This document shows positions 49,719 to 58,961 of a stretch of 64,000 nucleotides of DNA, in pieces. The notes beneath the pieces are model-generated. The model made no database searches and was not told the DNA's origin. It saw nothing but the letters and a program-made list of their open reading frames with translations. This stretch comes from a virus (taxonomy: Duplodnaviria; Caudoviricetes). Every line of letters starts with the position of its first letter. Position 1 is the first letter of the stretch. The stretch lies in IMG/VR virus record IMGVR_UViG_3300030330_005091, positions 32,001 through 96,000 of that record; one strand, given 5' to 3'. Position numbers and translations under genes: made by a program.

Positions 49719-51212
49719 CTAAATTTTTTTCTTTGTAAAAGGGTTAATGCCTCTTGACACAGGATTGTCTTTTGTCATATTTTCATATTGGCTTAAAGGT
49801 TGCATGTTGTCTAAACTCCAACACGAGATAAACGCAGGATCATCCAAGTCAGTGTATACAAAGCTTGATCGCGGCACAATGTGGTCGATTTGCCAATAAT
49901 ATTGATCAGAGCCCCGACCGTGATTGAGCCAATTCATTTTCTCGTTAAATTGATTTTGAATATGCTCAATAAAATCGTCTAAATTATATCCGCAGTTTTC
50001 TTGAAGTTTTGACCAAATAAGTGTATTGCTAATATCTTCCGCCCAATAACCGCGGTGCCTTGCAAGATCTTGTTTGATTGTTGTAGCAATCAAGGTCCTA
50101 AACTTAAGACGATAGTTTTTCTTAGTTTTTTCTTTGATTGATTCTTTATTTAGTGCCCATCGCTTTTTAGATTTATTGCTTAGGCACTGCCGGCAAGAAG
50201 TTGTGGCACGTCCTTTTTTGATAGGCGCAAAGTAAAAGTTATAATAAGGCTGCGTAACCGAACATGTTGAACAGGTAAACTCTGTAACAAACCCAGAATT
50301 GTTACGGCGTGCATAACGCTTGTTAGCTTCAATGGATTTCTCTAAAGTCGCTAGCGAATATTTACAGCCTTCATGCCAATTGGAGAGCCTTGATTCAAAA
50401 GAATTAAACAGCTTACGTTCGCGATACTCCACAGATTGCCAATCATAATCCGCATTTGGCACACGATCACGCTGCCTTTGTAAGCGGCGCTCATAATTCG
50501 CAGCCTTGTCAGCTGCGCGCTGCAGTTGTCTATCGATGCGCTCCTTTTCCCTACGCGTCCGGGCCTCACGGCGCGCTGCTTCCGCTGCAGCCACACGCTT
50601 AATTCTTTCCTCCTCTCGCGCTTTTATCTCTAACCTACGGGCTTCTACGGCGTCATTTCTATCTTTAATAAACTTTTCTACGTTCTTTTTAAGATATAGA
50701 TGTTGTGTAGTGCACGTGCTATGAGTCTGCTGCCACAACATATCTGGTTTAATTATCTTACTGTAGTTTGTATCAAACGTGTTGCTAGTTATACCAATTA
50801 TCTCGGCTGCTTCTTTCCTCGTTATATAACCTTCTGGAATCGGAGTCTCTGCATAGACTAGCTTTTCAATTGACTCTGGCGGCCAAAACCTTGCATTTCC
50901 TCCACCTGGCGCTGATATCAATTTTCCTTCAACTGTTGATAACTTTTTGGCGCGGTGGTGCACTGCTGTTTTAGTAATACCTAATTTATCCGCCAACTGA
51001 TCAGCTGTCAACCAGTTTTCTTTATACCAATTGTAACGTTCTATACGCTTTTTCTTAGCTGCTTTCTCTAAATCACCTTTTCGAATCCATCCTTCTGGCT
51101 TTCTTCGATTACGATTGTGCCATTTTTTGCTGCATATCTGTGAGCAATATTTTCTGGGTCTATTGCTGTTACTCGGTGGGTTTATAGCTCCGCAATATAA
51201 ACAGTTTGCCAT
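49719..51212 (-). CDS. multidomain HNH endonuclease (Zn-ribbon, two HTH-like segments, coiled coil, Zn-finger, HNH)
   Basis: CLYC..YCSQIC; LTADQLADKLGI; YITRKEAAEIIGI; CSTC..CRQC; WQIDHIVP..CWSLDNMQPL..EN..K. Confidence 0.8.
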   Translation of the reverse strand: MANCLYCGAINPPSNSNRPRKYCSQICSKKWHNRNRRKPEGWIRKGDLEKAAKKKRIERYNWYKENWLTADQLADKLGITKTAVHHRAKKLSTVEGKLISAPGGGNARFWPPESIEKLVYAETPIPEGYITRKEAAEIIGITSNTFDTNYSKIIKPDMLWQQTHSTCTTQHLYLKKNVEKFIKDRNDAVEARRLEIKAREEERIKRVAAAEAARREARTRREKERIDRQLQRAADKAANYERRLQRQRDRVPNADYDWQSVEYRERKLFNSFESRLSNWHEGCKYSLATLEKSIEANKRYARRNNSGFVTEFTCSTCSVTQPYYNFYFAPIKKGRATTSCRQCLSNKSKKRWALNKESIKEKTKKNYRLKFRTLIATTIKQDLARHRGYWAEDISNTLIWSKLQENCGYNLDDFIEHIQNQFNEKMNWLNHGRGSDQYYWQIDHIVPRSSFVYTDLDDPAFISCWSLDNMQPLSQYENMTKDNPVSRGINPFTKKKI

Positions 51213-51232
51213 GGTCTCTCCTGGTATATTAT

Positions 51233-51261
51233 ATTATATCATGGTCGTGCGATATGTGCAA
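51233..51261 (-). promoter_or_regulatory. sigma70-like promoter TTGCAC-N17-TATAAT for HNH gene
   Basis: Hexamers, spacing and AGGAG SD. Confidence 0.7.
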
Positions 51262-51327
51262 GCTAAAATCTGGAATTTTACTTTGGTGAAATTTTTGGCC
51301 GCAGATCGAAAACAGGCTTAGCACCGC

Positions 51328-51461
51328 TGTCAAGGTCCTGTCAAGTCATCGAGAGGTATATTCGGGTAGGTGGGGGGTAGGGGGGAGGTCCCACCACATA
51401 CTGACAGCATTTTGACAGCATGTTAAATGTATGTCAAAAACAATATGTCAATCATTTGTCA
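51328..51461. repeat. cluster of 11-bp-spaced TGTCA/TGACA pairs around a G-run
   Basis: Pairs at 51328/51339, 51402/51413 (inverted), 51421/51432, 51446/51457; G-run 51364-51388. Confidence 0.8.
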
Positions 51462-51737
51462 GTATTGCATGCACTCTTATAATACCCATAGCTTAATATT
51501 AGTATCTGACTGTATACCATCATGATAATAGGCGTCCAACCTACCATATCAATGCTTTTATCTATTATTTTATGTGTTCTCGGACACTTTTCGCGCAGTC
51601 GTCGCTTTATATGTGACAATCTTTGTCGCATAATCCTCTCCCATTAAGGCGAACATAAACTAAGTAGCTGATATTGTTGGCCTTTTATTTAATGTATTCT
51701 CGCATAAATGTGACAGCATGCGACAGCATATGGCCCG

Positions 51738-51854
51738 TTAAAAGCCGGATACCATCAAGTCCGCGTGTGATGCGACGGCATACAGCCACAAGAACGCAGC
51801 GCCGAGCGCAAGGCCAGCACATGCGTCTGCTACTTGGTCTTTGAAAGTATACAT
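51738..51854 (-). CDS. 38-aa hydrophobic peptide (not in ORF track)
   Basis: GGAGG SD, own promoter; MYTFKDQVADACAGLALGAAFLWLYAVASHADLMVSGF. Confidence 0.6.
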   Translation of the reverse strand: MYTFKDQVADACAGLALGAAFLWLYAVASHADLMVSGF

Positions 51855-51866
51855 TAAACCTCCATT

Positions 51867-51966
51867 ATCATAACACATTACGTGCTACATGTCAACAATA
51901 AAAACGAAATGTCAAAAGAATGTCAAGAAATATGTGCTTGACAGCGAGAGAGTGTATAGGTATAAA
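51867..51966. promoter_or_regulatory. divergent sigma70 promoter pair sharing a TGTCA box pair
   Basis: Minus TTGACA(51890-95)-N17-TATGAT; plus TTGACA(51938-43)-N17-TATAAA; boxes at 51910 and 51921. Confidence 0.7.
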
Positions 51967-52263
51967 GTCTGTATAAAAATATCACACACAACCATCACAC
52001 TCAAACAAACATAAAGTCTAACTAACGCATATCCACCCCACAATATCCCACCTTAAACCACCATAACCCACAATACACAACTTTAATCATTGAGATATGA
52101 GATACAAACAAACACAGTAAACATCAGATAAACAAATACACTTAACATAAACTAACTCCTATTACGAATAAGATAATCAATAACCACTACTGATACGGTT
52201 GTACCTGTAATATAACCAATAATAAACATTTGCATAAGTATATTCTTTTGTTGTAGTCTCGGC

Positions 52264-53091
52264 CTATTTCTTCTTGGGGCGAGCCTTCATGATGAAACGC
52301 TCCTCAACCATCAGAGTGGTCGCCTTGCCTACAGGCAGCAGCTTGTAAACCTTGGCACCGCGAGCGGCAGATGTGACAGGCTTGGCATCAGTCTCGATAA
52401 CCATAAGTGTTACATTGCGCTTAAGGTAAGCCCCGTCAAGATACCGAACACCGGAAGGAGCGTTTGCGCGAAAAGTGACGAGCGAGCCCGCTGGATACTT
52501 GGCAGGCGCGTGGTGTGAAGCGAGCACCTTTTGTGCATACTTGTTTTTAACCATCTTATTATATTGTGAATAAGTTGGAATAAAAGTATCGTTGCCAATA
52601 ATCTCACGGGCTGTATCTTTGAAGTAACCCGTGGTCATATAATAGTTGGCAACCACGATAGCATCAGCACGGAGATCAGGATTATTTGTATAACTCTCGA
52701 CCCACTTCTGACGCTCGGCCAGTGCAGCATCATCATGCTCTGCTTCGATCTTGCGTAGAATCTCAAGCTGACGATCTGACAGGCGGCGATCACCTTTGAC
52801 TTGACTGGTCAGGCTCTCAACAAAGCCAGCAGCCCAGCTTGAAGGCTCGCAGCGCATGCTGAGAAGATCCAAGCGCATCAAGAACGTCTTGTGCTTCTCG
52901 GTAGCAGCCAACAACTTCTCAGGGGAATAGCGATCCTCCAGTGTAGCAACCCACTTGACACGACCAGCGGACAAGCGACCTTTGCGCTCATAGTAGGACA
53001 GAAGCGATTGAGCAAAGTCCTTATCACGCGCTGAGATAGCGGGATTGTTGATCAGAACTTCAAGGCGGGTGCGGTAGGTTGGACGAGCCAC
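52264..53091 (-). CDS. hypothetical protein, two helical repeats plus C-terminal SH3-like domain
   Basis: F..SL.......RLS repeated twice; KYPAGSLVTF. Confidence 0.7.
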   Translation of the reverse strand: MARPTYRTRLEVLINNPAISARDKDFAQSLLSYYERKGRLSAGRVKWVATLEDRYSPEKLLAATEKHKTFLMRLDLLSMRCEPSSWAAGFVESLTSQVKGDRRLSDRQLEILRKIEAEHDDAALAERQKWVESYTNNPDLRADAIVVANYYMTTGYFKDTAREIIGNDTFIPTYSQYNKMVKNKYAQKVLASHHAPAKYPAGSLVTFRANAPSGVRYLDGAYLKRNVTLMVIETDAKPVTSAARGAKVYKLLPVGKATTLMVEERFIMKARPKKK

Positions 53092-53120
53092 GTGTAATAC
53101 TCCTTGCTGATTACTCTATA

Positions 53121-53175
53121 AATATAGCATAGGGGAGTGAAAAGGTCAAGGTTTAAGTTGTCAAGGGAATGTTAA
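53121..53175 (-). promoter_or_regulatory. boxed early promoter cassette 1
   Basis: TTAACA-N5-TTGACA, -35 TTGACC, N17, TATATT. Confidence 0.85.
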
Positions 53176-53474
53176 GAGTTGTTTTCTTTCTCTCTACTCT
53201 CCGCATCCAACTCTGCAAGGTCTTTAGCAACGTCAGCAAGGGTCATTTTACGGGTTTTACGCAATTTGTTCTGGGCTCGTTGCAGCTTGCCCCAGCGCCG
53301 TGAGTTAGCAGGGTGCTTACAGATGTGCAGGTTCTCAATGCCGATGGCTGTAAGGCGTCTGAGGCTGTTCTGAGTGGCTTTAAGGGTGTCGGGCTTAGTC
53401 AACACGCGCTCGCTGCCTGAGAGCCTTCCAGCCTCGTTAATCTCAACGTCTGTTTTACTGATATAATACTTCAT
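53172..53474 (-). CDS. hypothetical protein
   Basis: AAGGAG SD; stop inside cassette box. Confidence 0.65.
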   Translation of the reverse strand: MKYYISKTDVEINEAGRLSGSERVLTKPDTLKATQNSLRRLTAIGIENLHICKHPANSRRWGKLQRAQNKLRKTRKMTLADVAKDLAELDAESREKENNS

Positions 53475-53486
53475 GATCTCGGCTCC

Positions 53487-54740
53487 TTAGCAGTCGATTG
53501 CGATAACACGTTCATTGGTTTGGAAGTAGGGGCGAGCAGCGTGGACCTTGGTAGTCATCCACATACGTTGGCACTTGGATGCGATAGGCTTCGGAGCGCA
53601 AAGGTCAGTCAAGACAATGTGACCGTCAAAGTCGCCATCATTGACGAACTTGGTCGGCGCGTTGAAGCAAGTGCCGCCAGTCAACACGCGCTCGGTTTTC
53701 TTGGTTTGACCTTTCTTCCAAGTATATACCTTGTCAACGGCTACCTCGGTGTCGAATGGTACAACCGTGAACTCGGCAATCTCGGCCAGCTTGTTCAACT
53801 CGGAGAAGAACGCGGCGAGCATGCCATCATCAACCGATCCAGACTGGTCGATGGAGATAGCGATCTTGGCTTGACGACGCACGCGCTTGCCAGGGTGGAT
53901 CTTTGGGAACCGCTTGTTCAGGCGTCGAGGGGTCGAACGCTTGTCAGCACGTTGTGAGGTCTTGACGAAGTAACGAAGAACTTTGCGCCAATCAACCTTG
54001 GTCGCAACGCGGTCCATAATATCTTGACGCATACCAGACGAGACTGAGCCCCAGTTACGTGCCTTCTCAGCTTCCTCGGCAGCTTGCTTTACAGCTTCCT
54101 TCAATCGCTCTTTAGCAATCTCTTGAGTGGTGCTATCGCCATCACCGAACTGATCGTGACTGTCAAGTGAATCCATGCCACCGAAGGGATCACCATCGCC
54201 TTCACCGGGCTCGCCTTGACCATCGCCGTTGCTGTCTTGGTTCTCGGCCATATCTTTCAAGGCTTCGAGATACCATTCGTAGGTCTTGTTAGCAGGCAAG
54301 TGAGCAAACGGGCCTTCGCCGGGAAATACACCCTTCATGCCTTGACCATCGGCCATGATTGGGCCGGGGTCAGCTTCACACGGCAGCTTACCAGCCATTT
54401 CAGGCAGGCCGTTGATGGCAAGGTCCATCGCAATGTTGTCGATACGCTTGAGGCCATCGGCAGGCTTGCGGCCAGTCACGTGCTCGAAGATGATGTGATA
54501 GAACTCATGCATGAGGACACCAAGCTGATGCTCAGGCTTGAGAGCACCCATGAACTCAGGGTTATAAAGCAACTCGAACTGAGCGGTGTCGGGGTTGACA
54601 CGGACGCCAGCGGTCGGAAGGCTGGTAGTCGCGGTCTTGTCAATGCGACGAGACAGAGCGGCAAAGAACGGCTCGCGCATAAGCAGGCGAGCAGTGTGCA
54701 TGTTGAGATTGAAGGGCTTGATGGTCTTGTCGTCGGACAT
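53487..54740 (-). CDS. metallopeptidase-like (HExxH) + vWA protein, MoxR partner
   Basis: LMHEFYH; IDQSGSV; GGT.F; LTD; start at MSDDK after AGGAG. Confidence 0.88.
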   Translation of the reverse strand: MSDDKTIKPFNLNMHTARLLMREPFFAALSRRIDKTATTSLPTAGVRVNPDTAQFELLYNPEFMGALKPEHQLGVLMHEFYHIIFEHVTGRKPADGLKRIDNIAMDLAINGLPEMAGKLPCEADPGPIMADGQGMKGVFPGEGPFAHLPANKTYEWYLEALKDMAENQDSNGDGQGEPGEGDGDPFGGMDSLDSHDQFGDGDSTTQEIAKERLKEAVKQAAEEAEKARNWGSVSSGMRQDIMDRVATKVDWRKVLRYFVKTSQRADKRSTPRRLNKRFPKIHPGKRVRRQAKIAISIDQSGSVDDGMLAAFFSELNKLAEIAEFTVVPFDTEVAVDKVYTWKKGQTKKTERVLTGGTCFNAPTKFVNDGDFDGHIVLTDLCAPKPIASKCQRMWMTTKVHAARPYFQTNERVIAIDC

Positions 54741-54763
54741 GAATCTCTCCTGATTACCTATAT

Positions 54764-54817
54764 AATATAGCACGGGATGAGTGAAAAAGCAAGGGTTAAG
54801 TTGTCAAGGAAATGTCA
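54764..54817 (-). promoter_or_regulatory. boxed early promoter cassette 2
   Basis: CTGACA-N5-TTGACA, -35 TTGCTT, N17, TATATT. Confidence 0.85.
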
Positions 54818-55021
54818 GGAGATGGGAACACTAAAGGCAGCGTTGATCACTGTGTCGGCATACCATTGGGCACCGTCAGAACTGCCGTCAAATAGCCTGT
54901 AATGGCGTCTGTTGGCGTCAAGCTGTCCCCACTCCTTCTTGTAACTCTCACGCACTTCAACGACCAGACAGGGGCACTTATCGTGCTCCCTGATTAATAG
55001 GTCGCCTACCTTGAACTTCAA
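54815..55021 (-). CDS. small SH3/KOW-like protein
   Basis: FKVGDLLIR. Confidence 0.6.
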   Translation of the reverse strand: MKFKVGDLLIREHDKCPCLVVEVRESYKKEWGQLDANRRHYRLFDGSSDGAQWYADTVINAAFSVPIS

Positions 55022-56100
55022 GAGTTACCGCCAAGGATCTCAACAAGGTGGTCAGAGACACGGCGACCATCGGACGCCTCGGCCTTGTGGAGTGCCACAA
55101 CATTGTCAATGTTGTCGGTGTCACCGAGAACGGTCCACAACTTCATGGCGACCTCGGAAGGCAGGGTTACGAAGTAGTTGGCGAGGTTAGTGACCTGAGC
55201 CTCGGTCAGAGTCTCAGAGAACACATCAGATGCCTCGAACTTCTCAATCATGGCAGCGTGGTCATTGATACCCCACTGCTCGGTCTTCTCGATTTCACCG
55301 TTGTCAAGAATGTCAGCGATGGTCACTTGCCATTCGTACTTCTCAACGAAATCGCGGAGAGCGACAGCAGCCTCGAACCCGACGAAGGCAGTCGCGAGGT
55401 TGAACAGAAGGTCACGGTCGCCTTCCTCACCGAATACGCCGGTTGAAACTGCGGTATCGTTGAACCGCTTCCAGCTACGACGTGACGGGTAAACCTTGTT
55501 AGGCTCGAAGTCACCGCGATGCTCAAGGTGCATGCGGTTTTGGTTGATGAAGTCCCAGAGGATGCCATCAGTGCGGTCGGTCGCCCACTTCAACCAATCC
55601 TCATCGGAAGGCTCGACATCGAACACGGTCCAGCGGTCCAACTCGGCAGGGTCCATTTCGCCAACTTGGTATTGAGCACCGTGCTCGCCACCGTTGACAG
55701 CGGCAACGATCAGGGTGTCAGGGTGCAGACGCCAGCCGTTCAGCTTGCGGCTGTCGGTCAACTCGAAAAGACCCTGACGGACTTCCACAGTCGCACGATC
55801 AACCTCATCGAGGAACAGCATCACGGGCTGCTCACACGCGGTCACAAGCCAGTCAGGGGCGTTCCACGTGGTAGCCTTGCGGCCATTGATCTCGGTGTCT
55901 GCCGTGTCAGGCAGACCGAGAAGATCACCTTCGGTCATCTGGCTGGCACGACGCTCGACCACTGGAAGGTCGCGAGCAGCGGCGATCTGGTAGACCACCT
56001 CGGACTTGCCGACACCGTGACGACCGCGCAGAAGCACGGGCAGCTTGTTGTCGAGGATGTGAGGAGCGACGGTAGTGAATGTTGCGAAGTCGATAGCCAT
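55018..56100 (-). CDS. MoxR-like AAA+ ATPase
   Basis: GRHGVGKS Walker A, LFLDEVDR Walker B, MDPAELDRW, PSRRSW. Confidence 0.92.
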   Translation of the reverse strand: MAIDFATFTTVAPHILDNKLPVLLRGRHGVGKSEVVYQIAAARDLPVVERRASQMTEGDLLGLPDTADTEINGRKATTWNAPDWLVTACEQPVMLFLDEVDRATVEVRQGLFELTDSRKLNGWRLHPDTLIVAAVNGGEHGAQYQVGEMDPAELDRWTVFDVEPSDEDWLKWATDRTDGILWDFINQNRMHLEHRGDFEPNKVYPSRRSWKRFNDTAVSTGVFGEEGDRDLLFNLATAFVGFEAAVALRDFVEKYEWQVTIADILDNGEIEKTEQWGINDHAAMIEKFEASDVFSETLTEAQVTNLANYFVTLPSEVAMKLWTVLGDTDNIDNVVALHKAEASDGRRVSDHLVEILGGNS

Positions 56101-56147
56101 GATATGTTCTCCGTGGGAGGGGTTGTGTTCTTTGTTCTTACTCTATA

Positions 56148-56214
56148 AATATAGCATCATCAGAGTAAAAGGTCAAGGTTTATTTTGTCAAGTAAATGTC
56201 AAGGGATTTGTCAA
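56148..56214 (-). promoter_or_regulatory. boxed early promoter cassette 3 (three boxes)
   Basis: TTGACA x3, -35 TTGACC, N17, TATATT. Confidence 0.88.
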
Positions 56215-56690
56215 GTCGCTGGCTCAAGGTCGCGGGTCGGATAGGTCGGCCAGCCCCACCGTGGTTGAGCCTCACCCGTCCATGCGATGCGAGCATAGTC
56301 GCCAGCGTTGGCTTCCATCACAAGACCGACGCGACCAGCATAGCCCTGACGCATGGCCCGCTTGTTCTGTTTGCCTCGCACCAGTGAGCCAACGGGATAC
56401 TTAGGCGGCGATGGTAACAGGCTCTCACAGACCTGCGTGATGTTATCACGGAACGAGCCAGCGTGATAGTCGGTCATCAGATCAGAGTGGTCATTGACAC
56501 CGCGAACATGGAAGTTGTGCGCGTCGGCATCCATTTGTTCGTCATCAGGGCCACAGCCGTTGGCCAAGAACGAACCAACATAGCCGTTGTGCTGAAATGA
56601 CCAGCGGTGACCTACGAGTTTTACCTCAATGTCGATGCCTTGTTTCTTGAAGTGTGATTTGACTTTCTTGATTGCGTTGCGAACTTTCAT
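56211..56690 (-). CDS. hypothetical protein with C-terminal SH3-like domain
   Basis: KYPVGSLVRG..VGLVM..RIAW..DLE; start at MKVRN. Confidence 0.7.
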   Translation of the reverse strand: MKVRNAIKKVKSHFKKQGIDIEVKLVGHRWSFQHNGYVGSFLANGCGPDDEQMDADAHNFHVRGVNDHSDLMTDYHAGSFRDNITQVCESLLPSPPKYPVGSLVRGKQNKRAMRQGYAGRVGLVMEANAGDYARIAWTGEAQPRWGWPTYPTRDLEPAT

Positions 56691-56716
56691 GTAGTGCTCT
56701 CCTTGATTACTTATAT

Positions 56717-56771
56717 AATATACCACGTGCGGACGAAGATTGCAAGGGCAATCTTGTCAGGGAAATGTCAA
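56717..56771 (-). promoter_or_regulatory. boxed early promoter cassette 4
   Basis: TTGACA-N5-CTGACA, -35 TTGCAA, N17, TATATT. Confidence 0.85.
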
Positions 56772-57646
56772 AGGTCCAAACTTCTTCGGGCTTCGATGAA
56801 ATGGTTAGTACCATAGCGGCTCGATTCTTGATTGAACTTCGTAACATTCTCGGCATCGCGGAAGTCCCAATCACGGGCTTTGCCTGATGGATAGTATTGA
56901 TTGAAGTTTAGATCGTCAGCTTGAAGCCATCCAGCGGGCGGTTCAATCTTACCAGCAAGGGTGATCTCATTTTTATGAACCATGCCATTGACACTATGTG
57001 TGCTCTCAGTCGTCACCGCGTAGTGATCGCGAGGCGTAAGCCCTTCATTCAACGTGGCAGCATCTTGAAAACCGTATATACTTTCACTGTTTCGATGGTT
57101 AGGTGCAACCACTTGCCAGTTGAAGCTGGTCAGCATCATAGGACGCTCACGCGATCCCCACTGTTGGTTCTCGCCCCAGTATCCATAGCGCGTCATGATG
57201 GCCATAGAACCAATGCCAGCGCCCACATTGCGCATTTCCTCAAGGCGTTGGGCCCTGACCATCTGAGCGGCCTTGATGAATACGCGCCGATCTTCTTTGA
57301 GGATAGAACACGTGCGCCGAGTGTGACCCCGATCTCCACAATATGAGCATGTAACGGTTCTCATGCGGTCGGCTTTCGCGGCCGCCTTCTGCTCTTTCGT
57401 CATGACAATAGAAGCGCCCGTGTCAGGGTCACAGCGCGTGCGCTTGGTATATTGGCGTGCGTAAGATTCCATTTGCGTGCGGTAACCAGCAGCACCATTG
57501 TCATCGCCGTTAGCTTCGCATATTGCAAGGTTTTGTTTAGCAGTCTTATAGCGCTTGCGAAGGCGCAGATTCAACTCAGGGCAAGAGCGTTTGTTGTGGC
57601 CAGTTTGGTAGCAGTAAGAGCAGCGGACGGTTCCATTATATGACAT
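56768..57646 (-). CDS. double CCHC zinc-knuckle protein
   Basis: CSYCYQTGHNKRSC and CSYCGDRGHTRRTC. Confidence 0.8.
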   Translation of the reverse strand: MSYNGTVRCSYCYQTGHNKRSCPELNLRLRKRYKTAKQNLAICEANGDDNGAAGYRTQMESYARQYTKRTRCDPDTGASIVMTKEQKAAAKADRMRTVTCSYCGDRGHTRRTCSILKEDRRVFIKAAQMVRAQRLEEMRNVGAGIGSMAIMTRYGYWGENQQWGSRERPMMLTSFNWQVVAPNHRNSESIYGFQDAATLNEGLTPRDHYAVTTESTHSVNGMVHKNEITLAGKIEPPAGWLQADDLNFNQYYPSGKARDWDFRDAENVTKFNQESSRYGTNHFIEARRSLDL

Positions 57647-57670
57647 GTAGTTCTCCTTGATTACTTATAT

Positions 57671-57725
57671 AATATAGCACAGGCGAGAGGGGTTCGCAAG
57701 GGGTTCTTTGTCAAGAAGATGTCAA
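57671..57725 (-). promoter_or_regulatory. boxed early promoter cassette 5
   Basis: TTGACA-N5-TTGACA, -35 TTGCGA, N17, TATATT. Confidence 0.85.
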
Positions 57726-57914
57726 GGCACCATCAACAAGTGAAAGGTGTTGGCTCGCTTCGGTTTCTGGCTGTGTCTTGTCATTCCACAAAACTTTAAC
57801 ATCGCGGTTGCCAGTGTATTTACCAGTCTCGACAATCAGACCAACGTGGACAGATAGACCCTTTTGCCATCGTGTTCGTTGAAAGTAGTATGTCACCAGA
57901 TCACCGACTTGCAT
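57711..57914 (-). CDS. SH3/KOW-like array microprotein
   Basis: MQVGDLV start within junction repeat. Confidence 0.75.
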   Translation of the reverse strand: MQVGDLVTYYFQRTRWQKGLSVHVGLIVETGKYTGNRDVKVLWNDKTQPETEASQHLSLVDGALTSS

Positions 57915-58089
57915 TAACGACCTCCACGCGATGAGCCTCAATCCAACTTGTTCGCCCGTCATTCCATGTTACAACAGGATGGTTCGAGCGTTGAGTGTTA
58001 TCAGGCCATCTTGTATCTGTCCAATCAATAATAACCCCAAGCATACCGCTTTCTGACCAAAGGTTTCTCACCAGATCACCGACTTTCAT
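57901..58089 (-). CDS. SH3/KOW-like array microprotein
   Basis: MKVGDLV...VEVVNASR. Confidence 0.8.
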   Translation of the reverse strand: MKVGDLVRNLWSESGMLGVIIDWTDTRWPDNTQRSNHPVVTWNDGRTSWIEAHRVEVVNASR

Positions 58090-58113
58090 GTGATTTCTCC
58101 TTTCTATACATAT

Positions 58114-58168
58114 AATATAGCATCGGCTGGGGCGGTTGTCAATGGCTCAAATGTCAGGGAAATGTTAA
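58114..58168 (-). promoter_or_regulatory. boxed early promoter cassette 6
   Basis: TTAACA-N5-CTGACA, -35 TTGACA, N17, TATATT. Confidence 0.85.
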
Positions 58169-58521
58169 GCCTTGCCTTTGTGGTTTGCATTTCCAGCGTT
58201 GTAAGCCACGTGGCGCATTGGTCGGTTTCCAATAGTTGTGTTAGAACCTGACAAATGACAAGACTTGCCCTTGTGGAAACCAGTCACAGCCTTCCAAGCC
58301 TTAGAATACGACTCGCGATCTTCGTTGGACTCGAACGCAACGATTGAGATACCAGCGGCCTTACCATCACCAGCGGACAGCCCCAGATACTTAACAGCAG
58401 TCTCGGTGCCAAGTTCCTCAACGCAGTCAGGACACTCGTTGATCTTACCGCCGGCTTGCTTCTTGGCGGTCGAGTCAAGATCAAAAGAGATTCCACAATG
58501 TTTACATTCTTTGGTGTTCAT
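58165..58521 (-). CDS. zinc-finger protein
   Basis: CKHC...CPDC. Confidence 0.65.
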   Translation of the reverse strand: MNTKECKHCGISFDLDSTAKKQAGGKINECPDCVEELGTETAVKYLGLSAGDGKAAGISIVAFESNEDRESYSKAWKAVTGFHKGKSCHLSGSNTTIGNRPMRHVAYNAGNANHKGKA

Positions 58522-58527
58522 TTCTAC

Positions 58528-58884
58528 CTACCAGTCAATGGGGTCGTTAGCAACAGGGTTTGCAGTGCCGCGCATTAGTCTCTGTTCCACAGTCTCGGCG
58601 TCCTCGACTTGAAACTCACCGAAGCGCACGCCGCGGCGCTCTGCCGCACGGCTGGATGCCTTCTGCATCTCGCGAGCACGGATGCCAGCGTCAACGAAAG
58701 CAGCCTCGGCAATCTCGGTAGGCTCCCACTCATCAACCACGTCACCTGATTGTTCCATCAAATCATGGCAAAGTTCAATAGCAGGCTGACCATCGGCATC
58801 CGTGCGTGTGCCAGCCTCGTGAAGAAGATCGAGAATCAAATCAAGTTCGCGCTGGGTAACTCGAATGTTTAGAATGTCAGACAT
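58528..58884 (-). CDS. hypothetical protein
   Basis: AAGGAG SD after cassette 7. Confidence 0.7.
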   Translation of the reverse strand: MSDILNIRVTQRELDLILDLLHEAGTRTDADGQPAIELCHDLMEQSGDVVDEWEPTEIAEAAFVDAGIRAREMQKASSRAAERRGVRFGEFQVEDAETVEQRLMRGTANPVANDPIDW

Positions 58885-58906
58885 GTTTGCTCCTTGTTAT
58901 GTATAT

Positions 58907-58961
58907 AATATAGCCCATAACTTGGCTGTTGTCAATGGTTAAAATGTAAAGAGAATGTCAA
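58907..58961 (-). promoter_or_regulatory. boxed early promoter cassette 7
   Basis: TTGACA-N5-TTTACA, -35 TTGACA, N17, TATATT. Confidence 0.85.
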
